DNA of 64,000 nt from Kiritimatiellia bacterium (GTDB lineage Bacteria > Verrucomicrobiota > Kiritimatiellia > RFP12 > UBA1067), in assembly GCA_045599445.1 (NCBI GenBank), contig JAZRWB010000011.1:3090-67089 (forward strand). Direction: 5' to 3'. Under the pieces are notes generated by a model. It had not been told where the DNA came from. It made no database searches and saw only the letters and a list, made by a program, of their open reading frames with translations. Positions 1 through 8,858 of the stretch are shown here, one piece after another. Each line of letters begins with the position of its first letter. Within the stretch, counting starts at the first letter, position 1. Both the position numbers and the translations under genes were made by a program.

Positions 1-1175
1 TTCTCAATCTGAACATGAAAAGGATGCGTTGAGAAGAAATCTGCATCGGAAACTTTATTCTGCTGATTCGACGCACGTGAAATTGTGCGCAAAAGCTCCT
101 GCTTGTCGTCTTCAAACATACCATCATGCGTAACGGTCAACTTCATGAGAACATTTATTTTTGATAAGTCCGCATGATCGCAAAATCGCGCATTCGATAT
201 GCTTGCAGTCGTTTGTCCGCCATTAATAATCTGAAATTCCTCTGCATATGCGAGATTGCCTTCCTCGTCAAATCTTACGTTTGATGCCGTCACTGAAATC
301 CCATTGTTAAACGCAAAAAACTGTTCGGGAGCCCTTAAGATCGTCTCTCTAATTCGCTTATTGACCGCACCCTTCGTAGAAAGAAATGAGCGCACATTGC
401 CCTCAAGCAATCTGGCCCCATATTTATCATAAATATCGGCAAGAACCACCCCAGGAACAATCCCCATGTAACTTGAATAACGAAACCTATTTGGGTCTTC
501 CGATTCACCGGCGGGGACACAATGCACAACCCTCGGCTTATATTCAGAAAAATCAATCTGCAAAGTTCCACGCCCCTCGTCTGCAATCGACAAACCATAG
601 ATCGATCGAATGTCATAGATCAAGAGCTCCACCGGTTTAGTTTCTATATCAGGAAACTTTGTCCGCTTTGCATTGTCAGTGACAATCCCATCTGTTAATA
701 AATACACCCTGAACTTGCGGATTGACGATTCGGTCGTTCCCATGTGGCTATTGATTATCTCGATGCAATCAAGGTAATTTGTAGCTTCTGAAGATGTCAA
801 CTTCAGCGAATTGCGGTCTTTGATAAAGTTCAGAGCCGCCTCTACATCTTGGCGAATATCGGGAAGTCCCATTCGCGCAGGTTCTTCATTGCCATCGAAT
901 TTCGTGACAAAGACATTCAGAAAACCATCTACTGACGAAAATGAATATCCATTGATGTGATAATGCTTCTTCACTCGTTGCTCATAATGATCGAAGAATG
1001 CTGGTGTATAATCATCGACAAGCTCTGACTGCTCCAGCTCCTCTGTCACACGATCTGCAAATGCCTCTTCACTTGTCTTACCGTTGACAGCCAGTTCGTT
1101 TTGAATATCAACCAGCAATGCCTCACGGTATTCAAGCGCATCTTCTTCCTGCTGTTTTTTTCCGGTAGCTGTCAT
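1..1175 (-). CDS. AIPR-family abortive-infection-type protein, N-terminal ~390 aa (3' end runs off the window)
   Basis: Absent from the ORF track because it has no stop inside the window. Hand translation of the minus strand from ATG 1175-1173 (AAGGAG 8 nt upstream) stays open to position 1. It gives ...LEGNVRSFLSTKGAVNKRIRETILRAPEQFFAFNNGISVTAS...FQIINGGQTTASI..., which are the AIPR core motifs as I know them. Confidence 0.8.
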   Translation of the reverse strand, partial: MTATGKKQQEEDALEYREALLVDIQNELAVNGKTSEEAFADRVTEELEQSELVDDYTPAFFDHYEQRVKKHYHINGYSFSSVDGFLNVFVTKFDGNEEPARMGLPDIRQDVEAALNFIKDRNSLKLTSSEATNYLDCIEIINSHMGTTESSIRKFRVYLLTDGIVTDNAKRTKFPDIETKPVELLIYDIRSIYGLSIADEGRGTLQIDFSEYKPRVVHCVPAGESEDPNRFRYSSYMGIVPGVVLADIYDKYGARLLEGNVRSFLSTKGAVNKRIRETILRAPEQFFAFNNGISVTASNVRFDEEGNLAYAEEFQIINGGQTTASISNARFCDHADLSKINVLMKLTVTHDGMFEDDKQELLRTISRASNQQNKVSDADFFSTHPFHVQIE

Positions 1176-1177
1176 AT

Positions 1178-2110
1178 TCACATCTCCTTAAATTCCTCAA
1201 TCGCCGGCAAACTAATCGAATACTGGCATGCTGTCACGGCGGTAACGAGAGCAGACCTGCGTAGACAAGGGAATTGATCCGTCACCTTGTAAATGTCTCG
1301 GCAATAGATCTGAAACCTACGTTTCTCATACTCAGGTTCATTGTCCACATACTTCGTAAGGAAGAGCTTGTTATCAAGCATCGTCCGTGCTGCGACACTC
1401 GTAGCCGCACCCCGTGTCTGATCGACAACATCTTTGAGGGAAAACGCCTCATCTTTATTTTCTGGCGCTCGATCTATATGGTAAACAAGTAGCGAACCTT
1501 CAACTTCAGAATCAAGTTGCTCTATCGATGAAATCGTGACCGTTGTCGCACTTACCTTGCAACTCTTGACTTCGGCCCAATCATCGTAGAACTCAAAATC
1601 CTTATCCATTTTAAACGGCCCAACCCATGCATCAAGTGCATCCTCAAAACCACGATTTTTCGCAAAATACTGAAGCGCTAAAAGCTCTGCCGCTAAACCC
1701 TGTTGTTCCTGAATCGACATTATCCCTGGTCTCGCCCCTTTTAGAAGTTCTTGCCATGCCGAGAATCTGGTAAGCAAATTCATCAGTGCGGCTGAGCGCG
1801 ACTCCTTGCGCGTCGCCTCAAAAAGATCATAGCAAAGCGTGTTGAAAACATCACGATGCTCTGGCGTAATTAGAGAGAATGACAAACAAGCCTTTTCTTT
1901 TTTTCTGAAGGACAGCACAAGTATCTGCGCGGTTGATGGAATCTCTGCCGCGCTAAATGTCTTGCCGATGTCTTCGATGAGCAATGTCGGACGGCCTACG
2001 CTATCCAAACCGAAATACACGGAGAGCGGAAGATCTGGGTCAACGATAAAATACCGTTGCGGAGTTTTCTCGACTGACCGAATCCTTTTGATGAATGACG
2101 TATAGTCCAT
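1178..2110 (-). CDS. PD-(D/E)XK motif protein (putative nuclease partner of Z1226/AIPR genes)
   Basis: 310-aa ORF. It abuts the Z1226 stop (2111) and sits 2 nt from the AIPR start. The C-terminal half has a D...E-V-K nuclease-like signature (DKDFEFYDDWAEVKSCK). Call is by motif and context only. Confidence 0.6.
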   Translation of the reverse strand: MDYTSFIKRIRSVEKTPQRYFIVDPDLPLSVYFGLDSVGRPTLLIEDIGKTFSAAEIPSTAQILVLSFRKKEKACLSFSLITPEHRDVFNTLCYDLFEATRKESRSAALMNLLTRFSAWQELLKGARPGIMSIQEQQGLAAELLALQYFAKNRGFEDALDAWVGPFKMDKDFEFYDDWAEVKSCKVSATTVTISSIEQLDSEVEGSLLVYHIDRAPENKDEAFSLKDVVDQTRGAATSVAARTMLDNKLFLTKYVDNEPEYEKRRFQIYCRDIYKVTDQFPCLRRSALVTAVTACQYSISLPAIEEFKEM

Positions 2111-4756
2111 TTAATCCTCCGTCTCTGCGTTCAAATAGTCTTGAAGCGAACTCTCTTCATATGCACGTCTGGTGAAATAGAACTCTTGCTCTATCTGATC
2201 GTCCTTCGATCCAGGGAAGCCAAAGCTCAAGGCAAAAAAAGAGGTGACCAGCGGATCCGCAGAATCCTTACACTTCTCACTCATCTTCACATATTGAATG
2301 ACAAGCAATGGTCGACGCCCTTCCTTCTTTGCCCTCCGCAAATATCGCTCATCTGGCGGCTCGCGATTTTCATGCCCCTTTTCACTTTGATATTCAGCAA
2401 TAACCTTACGCGCATCTGATGGGGTAAGTATGTACCGCATAGCACCACCAGACGTCACCTTCAGCTTTGTGCCACTAATCATCACCTCTCGTCCAGAACT
2501 TACAACCGCCAACTTTCGAGACGCATGGCGAATTGTTTGCCCATCTTCCATTACCGGAATAGCAACATCCCAATTGATGCCAAGATTTGAAATGTATTCG
2601 GAGATTTGCGGCACCATAAAACCGAAGCTCATCATCCCTGCCTTGAATTCGGAAAGCATATTAGATATCTCTCCATGCGGGACATCGCGAAGGAACACCA
2701 TTCTATCCCAAGTCTGCCCGTGTTCGCGTCGCACCCAATTGTTCGCTATGAATTCGCTTACCGCCTTGTCATTTGCCGTAGTCACGATTGGGTCGTTCTT
2801 GATTCGGGGCGTTTCAATGGCATGCCCGGCCAACACGATCGGGAAACTTATCCGCGTTGCCGTGCGCATCTTATTCCGGGCCGTTGGTAGCATTGCACCA
2901 GGAGCCTTGCGGATCTTGAACGCAAAATCCTTGGGCGACCCCTCCTGCTCAACTATCTGGTGGAACATCTCAGAAAGATCTTCAGAAATATCACTCGCGT
3001 AACCAAAATTATCAACCGCTACTTGCGGCATCCACACACGCACAAGGGATTGATACAAGCCGCGATATCCGCACCACCGTCCCATCTGAAGAAGCGTATC
3101 GCTCATCATCGTGTTCCTGCGGAAGTAGCTGACAACCAGTCCTTCAAGCGTCAAACCACGCGACAAAGCATTGCCACCTATGACAATATAGCGTTTCTCT
3201 GCATCTGCGTAATCAAGAGCCTTTACCGTCTTGCCGCTGTTTACAACAACGGTCTCTACAGTCTTAATCGCATCCAACAAGACAGTCTTGAGAAACGCAT
3301 TCCACGACATCCCGTCACATGGCCGACTCAAGCCATACTCGTCCCATATCTGATGTAGCCGCGCCAGTTCCGGCACTCTTTCGGTCTTCATCGGATCACC
3401 ACAATAATTTGAAACTTTGGATACAAGTCGTTTGACATAATCCTCAACGTGACTCAACAGACGATTCTGAATGGCAACAAATCGGCTCACATGAATCATC
3501 ATTGAACGATGACCTATATGATCTCCGCCCTTCCCGATTACATCCATCACACCGTTGGCAAGCAGATAATATCCAATCGCCGTTTGCAAAGACTCAGGAA
3601 GGTCCTCCGATGGGTATTCGTCCTTCTTGTGGGAGGTTGGCAACCAGAACTCTATGTCGTCGATTATCTTCAAATATGGAGAACCCGGCTCAAACAATTT
3701 GTTCGCACCAAAATAATTCGATGGCGTTGTAAGCCGATAAACGAAACTCTTCGGGAAAAGATCGTCCGCGACTACCTTATCCTCTGTATCAGGGTCAATA
3801 AACACATTGGCAAAAGGTGTTGCCGTTATTCCGACGTAAGACGAACGTGTAAACGACTTAAGTATCTTTCGGATCAGCTCATTCGTCCGCGTTGGATTCG
3901 CCTCCTCTGACAACTCTCGCGTGTTAATCGATGCATTGTCAGCCTCATCGTCAATAAACAGCAACGGCCAAGGGAGCGAAACATCTCCCTTTTCTGAAAC
4001 CGATTTTACGCCCTTCTGCAGCCACTTGTACAAATGCTGCAAGACAGTTACATTTTTCTTCACGACACACAATACTGGTACATCGTTACGAAACACATGA
4101 ACAGGATTCTCTCCCTGCTCCTTCCGAAAATCATACGTCGCCCCAGTCAACTTGACAACCTGTTTCATCGGAAGCAAGCTGATGAATTCTTTTTCAAGCC
4201 TTCCCTGCGTCTGCCGCCGTAACTTTTCAATGATACCCGCAGTAATAATGATCACACGATATCCTGCATCTGCCGCCTTATTACACAACGCAATGAAGTT
4301 CGCCGTCTTACCGGACTGAATATCGCCCATAACCAAACCACGGACATTAAAGCTTTTACTCTTGGGATTTCCAAGGTGATTCATAATGACATCCGAACTT
4401 TTATCAAGCTCGCGGATGACATTGGGGCTCCATTGCTTGTTACGTAGTTTTGTTAAATATGCGGTAAACCATTCGTTATGGTCAGGCTTAATCTTTTCGA
4501 ACCAATAAGCATCTTGCTGGCTATACTCATTGTGATTAACAATGCACTCATCCTCTGGTTTATATACACCAACAAGGGCAATAAGTTTTCGTATAATAAG
4601 TTTTCGTTCTTCCTCGCCTATCCCAGGGAACTTGCTTGTCCATTCTTCAACGCCGATATTAATTTGCTCCTCCGTTATTTCCTCGAAAGCATCTTTATGA
4701 CTAAAGACAACACAAAGTATCTCAAGAAGTTGTTGCCCCTGTTTAGAGAGAGCCAT
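2111..4756 (-). CDS. Z1226-type P-loop NTPase / SF2-helicase-like protein
   Basis: 881-aa ORF. Walker A GDIQSGKTAN, Walker B/DEAD-like LLFIDDEADNAS, ITATPFAN and LSRGLTLEGL helicase-like motifs. 14-nt overlap with the upstream GHKL ATPase gene. Confidence 0.7.
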   Translation of the reverse strand: MALSKQGQQLLEILCVVFSHKDAFEEITEEQINIGVEEWTSKFPGIGEEERKLIIRKLIALVGVYKPEDECIVNHNEYSQQDAYWFEKIKPDHNEWFTAYLTKLRNKQWSPNVIRELDKSSDVIMNHLGNPKSKSFNVRGLVMGDIQSGKTANFIALCNKAADAGYRVIIITAGIIEKLRRQTQGRLEKEFISLLPMKQVVKLTGATYDFRKEQGENPVHVFRNDVPVLCVVKKNVTVLQHLYKWLQKGVKSVSEKGDVSLPWPLLFIDDEADNASINTRELSEEANPTRTNELIRKILKSFTRSSYVGITATPFANVFIDPDTEDKVVADDLFPKSFVYRLTTPSNYFGANKLFEPGSPYLKIIDDIEFWLPTSHKKDEYPSEDLPESLQTAIGYYLLANGVMDVIGKGGDHIGHRSMMIHVSRFVAIQNRLLSHVEDYVKRLVSKVSNYCGDPMKTERVPELARLHQIWDEYGLSRPCDGMSWNAFLKTVLLDAIKTVETVVVNSGKTVKALDYADAEKRYIVIGGNALSRGLTLEGLVVSYFRRNTMMSDTLLQMGRWCGYRGLYQSLVRVWMPQVAVDNFGYASDISEDLSEMFHQIVEQEGSPKDFAFKIRKAPGAMLPTARNKMRTATRISFPIVLAGHAIETPRIKNDPIVTTANDKAVSEFIANNWVRREHGQTWDRMVFLRDVPHGEISNMLSEFKAGMMSFGFMVPQISEYISNLGINWDVAIPVMEDGQTIRHASRKLAVVSSGREVMISGTKLKVTSGGAMRYILTPSDARKVIAEYQSEKGHENREPPDERYLRRAKKEGRRPLLVIQYVKMSEKCKDSADPLVTSFFALSFGFPGSKDDQIEQEFYFTRRAYEESSLQDYLNAETED

Positions 4757-6221
4757 TTAGGATTACCTCCTCTTCTTTACGAAGTTTATCCGCATAAAAA
4801 ACAAACGGTTCGCTCTGAAGCATGGACAAAAATGCCATTCTCCTTGCCGATCCAGCTGGAATCATACAAACCAATCCTTTAAGCATATCGACCATCTCAT
4901 CGACTGACAATGGTGTCTCGTTGTCCATTCTTTGGTCACTGCTTCTGCTGTAGTAAATTACATCAACCGGAATAGTACGTTCAAACAAACGGAAAAGCTT
5001 CTCCAGTTCCACATTCGCTTCAAGCGCCGCTTTTACGACAGGATGATTTCGGTTGAGTAAAACCGATGTCACAGTCCCATCCCTTATCGTAGATTCCCAG
5101 ACTTGTGAATCATCAGTAGCGGCTTTGGTTTTCTTCCCAAACACTTCAACGCGAATTGCATTCTTACTCTGTTTGACTACAGAATCAACATACGCACGGA
5201 GGTGCGCGACAATCTGCTTTGGCGGAATCGCAACTGACTTCTTAACATCCAACGACCACTTCATGTCAACAGAATTTGGGATGTCAACTTTTACGCGGGC
5301 GAGCTTGAAAAATTCACCCTGGGCCTTAAGTCCAAACCAATGTCCGTATGTGATCAAGCGCTTATTACGATAGATGTAAAACCCCTGCGTTCTTCGGAGC
5401 GCTTTCCCAGTGCCAAGCATGTCGCGCATTTCCGATGTTAGCTCTTTGTCGTGCGGAAGCGTGAATGCCTGCAGGGTGATTCTGCTTTTCCCGTATCCAA
5501 GTGGCTGTGTCGCCTTGCACTGATGACCTTGCTTACCATTCTGCACATACTGAAGAAATGGATCTTTGGGCTTCAATACCCTTCCATTGATCCTAATTCT
5601 AATCTTGTGAATGCCTTCCTCGCCAAAGATATATCTGTGAAAGACAAGCGCAAGATGTTCACTCATCTTATACATCTCATCATCGAAAGTCAGCTCATCA
5701 TATGACCCACCAAAGTCAATTGCCTGCCAAAGAACAACCGTTCCACTTTTACGACTTTTCAAAGATTCAACGCCCGGCAAGGATTCCCACTCTGCTCTCT
5801 CAAGAACCAACAACGGCCAAACTTCATCTTTATGCTTTGCGATATAGTCAAGGTCCCACCGCCTTGCCGAAATCTCTCCGTCTTTCTTTGAAATTACCGT
5901 CATCACCTTGCATTGTGACATGGATGCGGTTTTCAACCCTAATCCATAACGACCAAGATCCTTCTCTGATCGAGCCTTCGCAGGGTCCGCAGAACCGTAT
6001 TGCATCGCGCAAGTCAACTCGTCCGCAGTCATCCCTTCCCCATCATCTATAATCGTTATGTATGTGGAAAGGGCATCTTCGTAATTAATGTCAACGTTCT
6101 TCGCATCCGCAGCAATTGAGTTATCCACCAAATCAGCAACGGCAGCCTCAAGCGAATACCCAATATGTCGAGTTGCCGCAATTAATGTATGTGCTTTAGG
6201 TGGTAACGGTAAACTTTTCAT
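4743..6221 (-). CDS. GHKL (Bergerat-fold, HATPase_c_3/MORC-like) ATPase
   Basis: 492-aa ORF. N box DLVDNSIAADA, G1 box IIDDGEGM, G2 box GRYGLGLKTAS. ATGA-type 4-nt overlap with the methyltransferase gene. Confidence 0.75.
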   Translation of the reverse strand: MKSLPLPPKAHTLIAATRHIGYSLEAAVADLVDNSIAADAKNVDINYEDALSTYITIIDDGEGMTADELTCAMQYGSADPAKARSEKDLGRYGLGLKTASMSQCKVMTVISKKDGEISARRWDLDYIAKHKDEVWPLLVLERAEWESLPGVESLKSRKSGTVVLWQAIDFGGSYDELTFDDEMYKMSEHLALVFHRYIFGEEGIHKIRIRINGRVLKPKDPFLQYVQNGKQGHQCKATQPLGYGKSRITLQAFTLPHDKELTSEMRDMLGTGKALRRTQGFYIYRNKRLITYGHWFGLKAQGEFFKLARVKVDIPNSVDMKWSLDVKKSVAIPPKQIVAHLRAYVDSVVKQSKNAIRVEVFGKKTKAATDDSQVWESTIRDGTVTSVLLNRNHPVVKAALEANVELEKLFRLFERTIPVDVIYYSRSSDQRMDNETPLSVDEMVDMLKGLVCMIPAGSARRMAFLSMLQSEPFVFYADKLRKEEEVILNGSL

Positions 6222-7540
6222 TGCTCTTTATTTGGCTTATAAATTAATTTCGGATCTGGCTTAACACTTTTGTAATCTATTTTGGCAAAGGTCTTTAATA
6301 TTGCCATAAATATTTTCCGTGCACCCACAGTAGGCACTGCCATGCCTATTTGTTTTCGTATTTGCTCGGGACCACCACAAAAAACAAAGTCTTGAGGAAA
6401 TGTTTGCAAGGCGGCTCGTTCCTCATTTGTTAGCGCGCGATGCTCAGAATAATGATAAATATGAGTGCCACCACCACCACTTCCTGTCAATGTATATGCA
6501 GGACGCCTTGGATCTAGCCGTCGATAAATATGACTCATCCTTGCTTTTTTACAATGTAGCCTTACTTCTTCAATCTTATTTCTAATTGCAGTAATTCTAT
6601 CGTGTAAATTCTTAATTGGAAATTGTGCCTCAATGTCTTTTTTGTACCAAGGTATTTTCTTTAAATAATCGTCCAATACATTATCTGGATACAGTTCTTT
6701 ATTTACAAGTTCATCTAATTTCCAGGCATTTTCTCCAGGAGGTGTAAATTTCAATCTCCAAACCACAGTGTCTGATTGTCTTGTCTTCTCACTTCCCCAT
6801 GTTGTTTCATTTTTTACCTTGTCTAATGCCTTTTTACATGTCACATATTGACGAGCGCATTTAGGGCCATACTCTGGAGCGGGAGGCCTAAATTCAAGTT
6901 TCCGCTTTTTTGCAATATCTGCCCTAATCCCCACGATTACATATCTATGTCGTGATTGAGGAACACCATATTCTTCGAATTTATAAAGATGCGCAACAAC
7001 ATTGTAACCTTTACCAGAGTTAGCAAGATCTTGCAATATACACTTAAATTGATTCCCCGAATCATGTCCCATTATTCCACTCACATTCTCAGCGATAAAC
7101 CATTCCGGATCGTACGTTTCTATGACTTTAATACCTGTTTTGTATAAATCTCCAAATTTCTTGTCATTAACACCACGACGTTCTCCGACTTGACTAAAAC
7201 TATTACAAGGAAATCCAAAAGCTAACGCATTTATACGCTTTGATGCGTCAAGGCATTTATTCACAAAATGCCATGCGTCATCTTGAATGCCATTCTTTTC
7301 GCCAAGATTTTTCTTAAAAGTCTGGATCGCATATGGTGAAACATCCACTCCCCATGCATGTTCTAATCTATACTCCTTTCTGTCACGCCCACAAATTCTA
7401 ACATCTTGTGCAGATGCTATAGCCATACCACCTGGGCCACAAAACAGCTCACCCATTCTAAACAACTTCTGTGCCATATCGTTTTTAGCGGGTTCACCTT
7501 GCCGAGTGGTATTCGGAGGCTCTGGAGGCCTAGGGACCAC
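6218..7540 (-). CDS. DNA (cytosine-5)-methyltransferase
   Basis: C5-MTase motifs: I FCGPGGM, IV GFPCNSFS, VI ENV, VIII QSRHR, and a C-terminal QIGMAVP. The ORF-track start at 7540 is a GTG that adds a Pro-rich 21-aa extension. ATG at 7477 (MAQKLFRMGELFCGPGG) is the more likely start. Confidence 0.85.
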   Translation of the reverse strand: MVPRPPEPPNTTRQGEPAKNDMAQKLFRMGELFCGPGGMAIASAQDVRICGRDRKEYRLEHAWGVDVSPYAIQTFKKNLGEKNGIQDDAWHFVNKCLDASKRINALAFGFPCNSFSQVGERRGVNDKKFGDLYKTGIKVIETYDPEWFIAENVSGIMGHDSGNQFKCILQDLANSGKGYNVVAHLYKFEEYGVPQSRHRYVIVGIRADIAKKRKLEFRPPAPEYGPKCARQYVTCKKALDKVKNETTWGSEKTRQSDTVVWRLKFTPPGENAWKLDELVNKELYPDNVLDDYLKKIPWYKKDIEAQFPIKNLHDRITAIRNKIEEVRLHCKKARMSHIYRRLDPRRPAYTLTGSGGGGTHIYHYSEHRALTNEERAALQTFPQDFVFCGGPEQIRKQIGMAVPTVGARKIFMAILKTFAKIDYKSVKPDPKLIYKPNKEQ

Positions 7541-7706
7541 TCGACAAGGCTAGCCCAAATCAAAAAATCATCCTTGTCGTAGTCTCGCTGTCCCTGTGAA
7601 ATTTCCAGATTTCCGAATACGGAGCGAAATTACGCTTGTCGTTTCTCTACGTGTGCTCCAGACTCACACGGCAACGACTCCGTTGGGCAGTCGCCTATGT
7701 GCAAAT

Positions 7707-7717
7707 ATTATACCACA
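7707..7717 (-). promoter_or_regulatory. Candidate extended -10 promoter (TGTGGTATAAT) for the methyltransferase operon
   Basis: The minus strand reads ccatttGTGGTATAATatt. This is the same TGTGGTAnAAT core as at 8458 and 30345. No convincing -35. It implies a 170-230 nt leader. Confidence 0.4.
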
Positions 7718-7806
7718 AATGGCTGCGCTACGGGATGAAATCCCTCCGCTTGCAACGAGTTGCCTAACGGCAACAACATCTGCTTGCGCGGATCAAAAAG
7801 ATTCGC

Positions 7807-8151
7807 TTACAGCCCCTTGAACTCGGCCGTAATCGGCTCGACCAACCGACGCAATTCATCAAAGTCCTTGGTTATGGCCTGCCATACCTCATTGTAATCG
7901 ACATTCATGTATTCGTGGGCAACAATATTCCGCATGGCACGAATTTCTTGCCATGGAATTTCTGGATGTCTGGCCTTCAACTCGGCCGAGACCATATGTG
8001 ATGCCTCGCCAACAATGAGGATATAGCGCTCGGCGGCAACCCGCTTATCTTTGCTATCAAGAAACTGCTCTTTTGTCAGCCCCGCAATGGATTCCTTTGC
8101 ATCGGCTATAGCGGTCAGCATGTGCGTAATTCTATCGGCATCCCTGATCAT
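7807..8151 (-). CDS. hepT: HepT-like (DUF86) ribonuclease toxin
   Basis: 114 aa. RX4HXY motif present as RNIVAHEY. 4-nt overlap with the upstream nucleotidyltransferase gene. Confidence 0.85.
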   Translation of the reverse strand: MIRDADRITHMLTAIADAKESIAGLTKEQFLDSKDKRVAAERYILIVGEASHMVSAELKARHPEIPWQEIRAMRNIVAHEYMNVDYNEVWQAITKDFDELRRLVEPITAEFKGL

Positions 8152-8450
8152 ACCGGCACCATATCCCGCTTGACTTCGGCTGAAAAGTTGTACATCGGAT
8201 AGTCACTTACGCATCTATGCGAAATCAGATCAACATCGCGATTGAGCAGACCTGACAATTCGCGTTGCATTCTGACATGGGAGAGCATGGTCGCATCATC
8301 TCCAAATTGAACGAGAAAATCCGCATCGCTGTCGGGACGCTCTTCCTTCCGGGCAACAGAACCGAAAACCCAAAGCTTTTCCGCCTTGTGATTCTTCGCG
8401 ATCGCGTAAATTTCGTCCCGCTTCGCATGTATCTCGTCAAGCATGCACAT
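8148..8450 (-). CDS. mntA: MntA-like minimal nucleotidyltransferase antitoxin
   Basis: 100 aa. GS...R...(x)SDADFLV nucleotidyltransferase motif (FGSVARKEERPDSDADFLV). Canonical mntA-hepT order and overlap. Confidence 0.85.
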   Translation of the reverse strand: MCMLDEIHAKRDEIYAIAKNHKAEKLWVFGSVARKEERPDSDADFLVQFGDDATMLSHVRMQRELSGLLNRDVDLISHRCVSDYPMYNFSAEVKRDMVPV

Positions 8451-8457
8451 CGTCGAT

Positions 8458-8487
8458 ATTCTACCACACCGCCCGCGCTTGCGTCAA
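8458..8487 (-). promoter_or_regulatory. Sigma70-like promoter of mntA-hepT, leaderless-type geometry
   Basis: The minus strand reads TTGACG-N18-(TGg)TAGAAT-atcgacg-ATG. Only 7 nt lie between the -10 hexamer and the start codon, and there is no Shine-Dalgarno. Confidence 0.5.
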
Positions 8488-8493
8488 CCACTC

Positions 8494-8528
8494 CCATAAA
8501 AACAAAGGGCTGGGATTAACCCAGCCCC
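8494..8528 (-). terminator. Rho-independent terminator (minus strand)
   Basis: GGGCTGGG / CCCAGCCC 8-bp stem (8507-8514 / 8520-8527) with a 5-nt loop. On the minus strand it is followed by TTTGTTTTTATGG. Confidence 0.7.
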
Positions 8529-8589
8529 GCTTTGATCCTTCAGCCCTTAGCTTACGCGCTATAGACGTTAACGTATAGCTTGACGTTGG

Positions 8590-8840
8590 TAACTTTCCAG
8601 CAGTTTCCATTACGCGTATACTATATATACGCGTGGAAAAATGGAAAAACGGAAAAATTCAATTTTCCAGGGCGTTTTTCCACGTGGAAAATTAATGTTT
8701 TTAAAGTTTTTTAGTCTTTTTGTTAATTTTCCACCGAAAAGCGACTGTAAAAATAGATAACTGCGTGGAAAATTAAAATTCACCTCAGTTATATTTACTT
8801 ATCGATTTTCCACGTCTTAACTGCGTGGAAAATTAAAATG
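8590..8840. repeat. Iteron-like repeat field (GTGGAAAA/TTTTCCAC core), putative replication origin or regulator-binding array
   Basis: Perfect 21-nt direct repeat AACTGCGTGGAAAATTAAAAT at 8759-8779 and 8819-8839. 8-mer core at 8633, 8676/8684 (the 16-bp palindrome TTTTCCACGTGGAAAA, 8676-8691), 8727, 8765, 8806 and 8825. Phased GGAAAAA x3 at 8635-8657. ACGCGTATA/TATACGCGT inverted repeat at about 8612-8634. Confidence 0.6.
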
Positions 8841-8858
8841 CTGTATATTAATTACAAG

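Noticed and set aside
1151-1160. A7 homopolymer (minus strand GGAAAAAAACAG) in codons 5-7 of the AIPR gene as a phase-variation switch
   Set aside because: Seven residues is at or below the usual slippage-prone length. It simply encodes Lys-Lys, and there is no evidence of length heterogeneity. It is worth a glance in read data only.
7596-7820. 74-aa plus-strand ORF in the gap between the methyltransferase operon and hepT (a possible controller protein)
   Set aside because: It has no ribosome-binding site and no HTH-like sequence. It overlaps the hepT 3' end and the predicted minus-strand promoter and leader.
8590-8840. CRISPR array
   Set aside because: The repeats are short (8-21 nt), occur in both orientations, are irregularly spaced and have no cas genes nearby. 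The architecture fits iterons or operators, not CRISPR.
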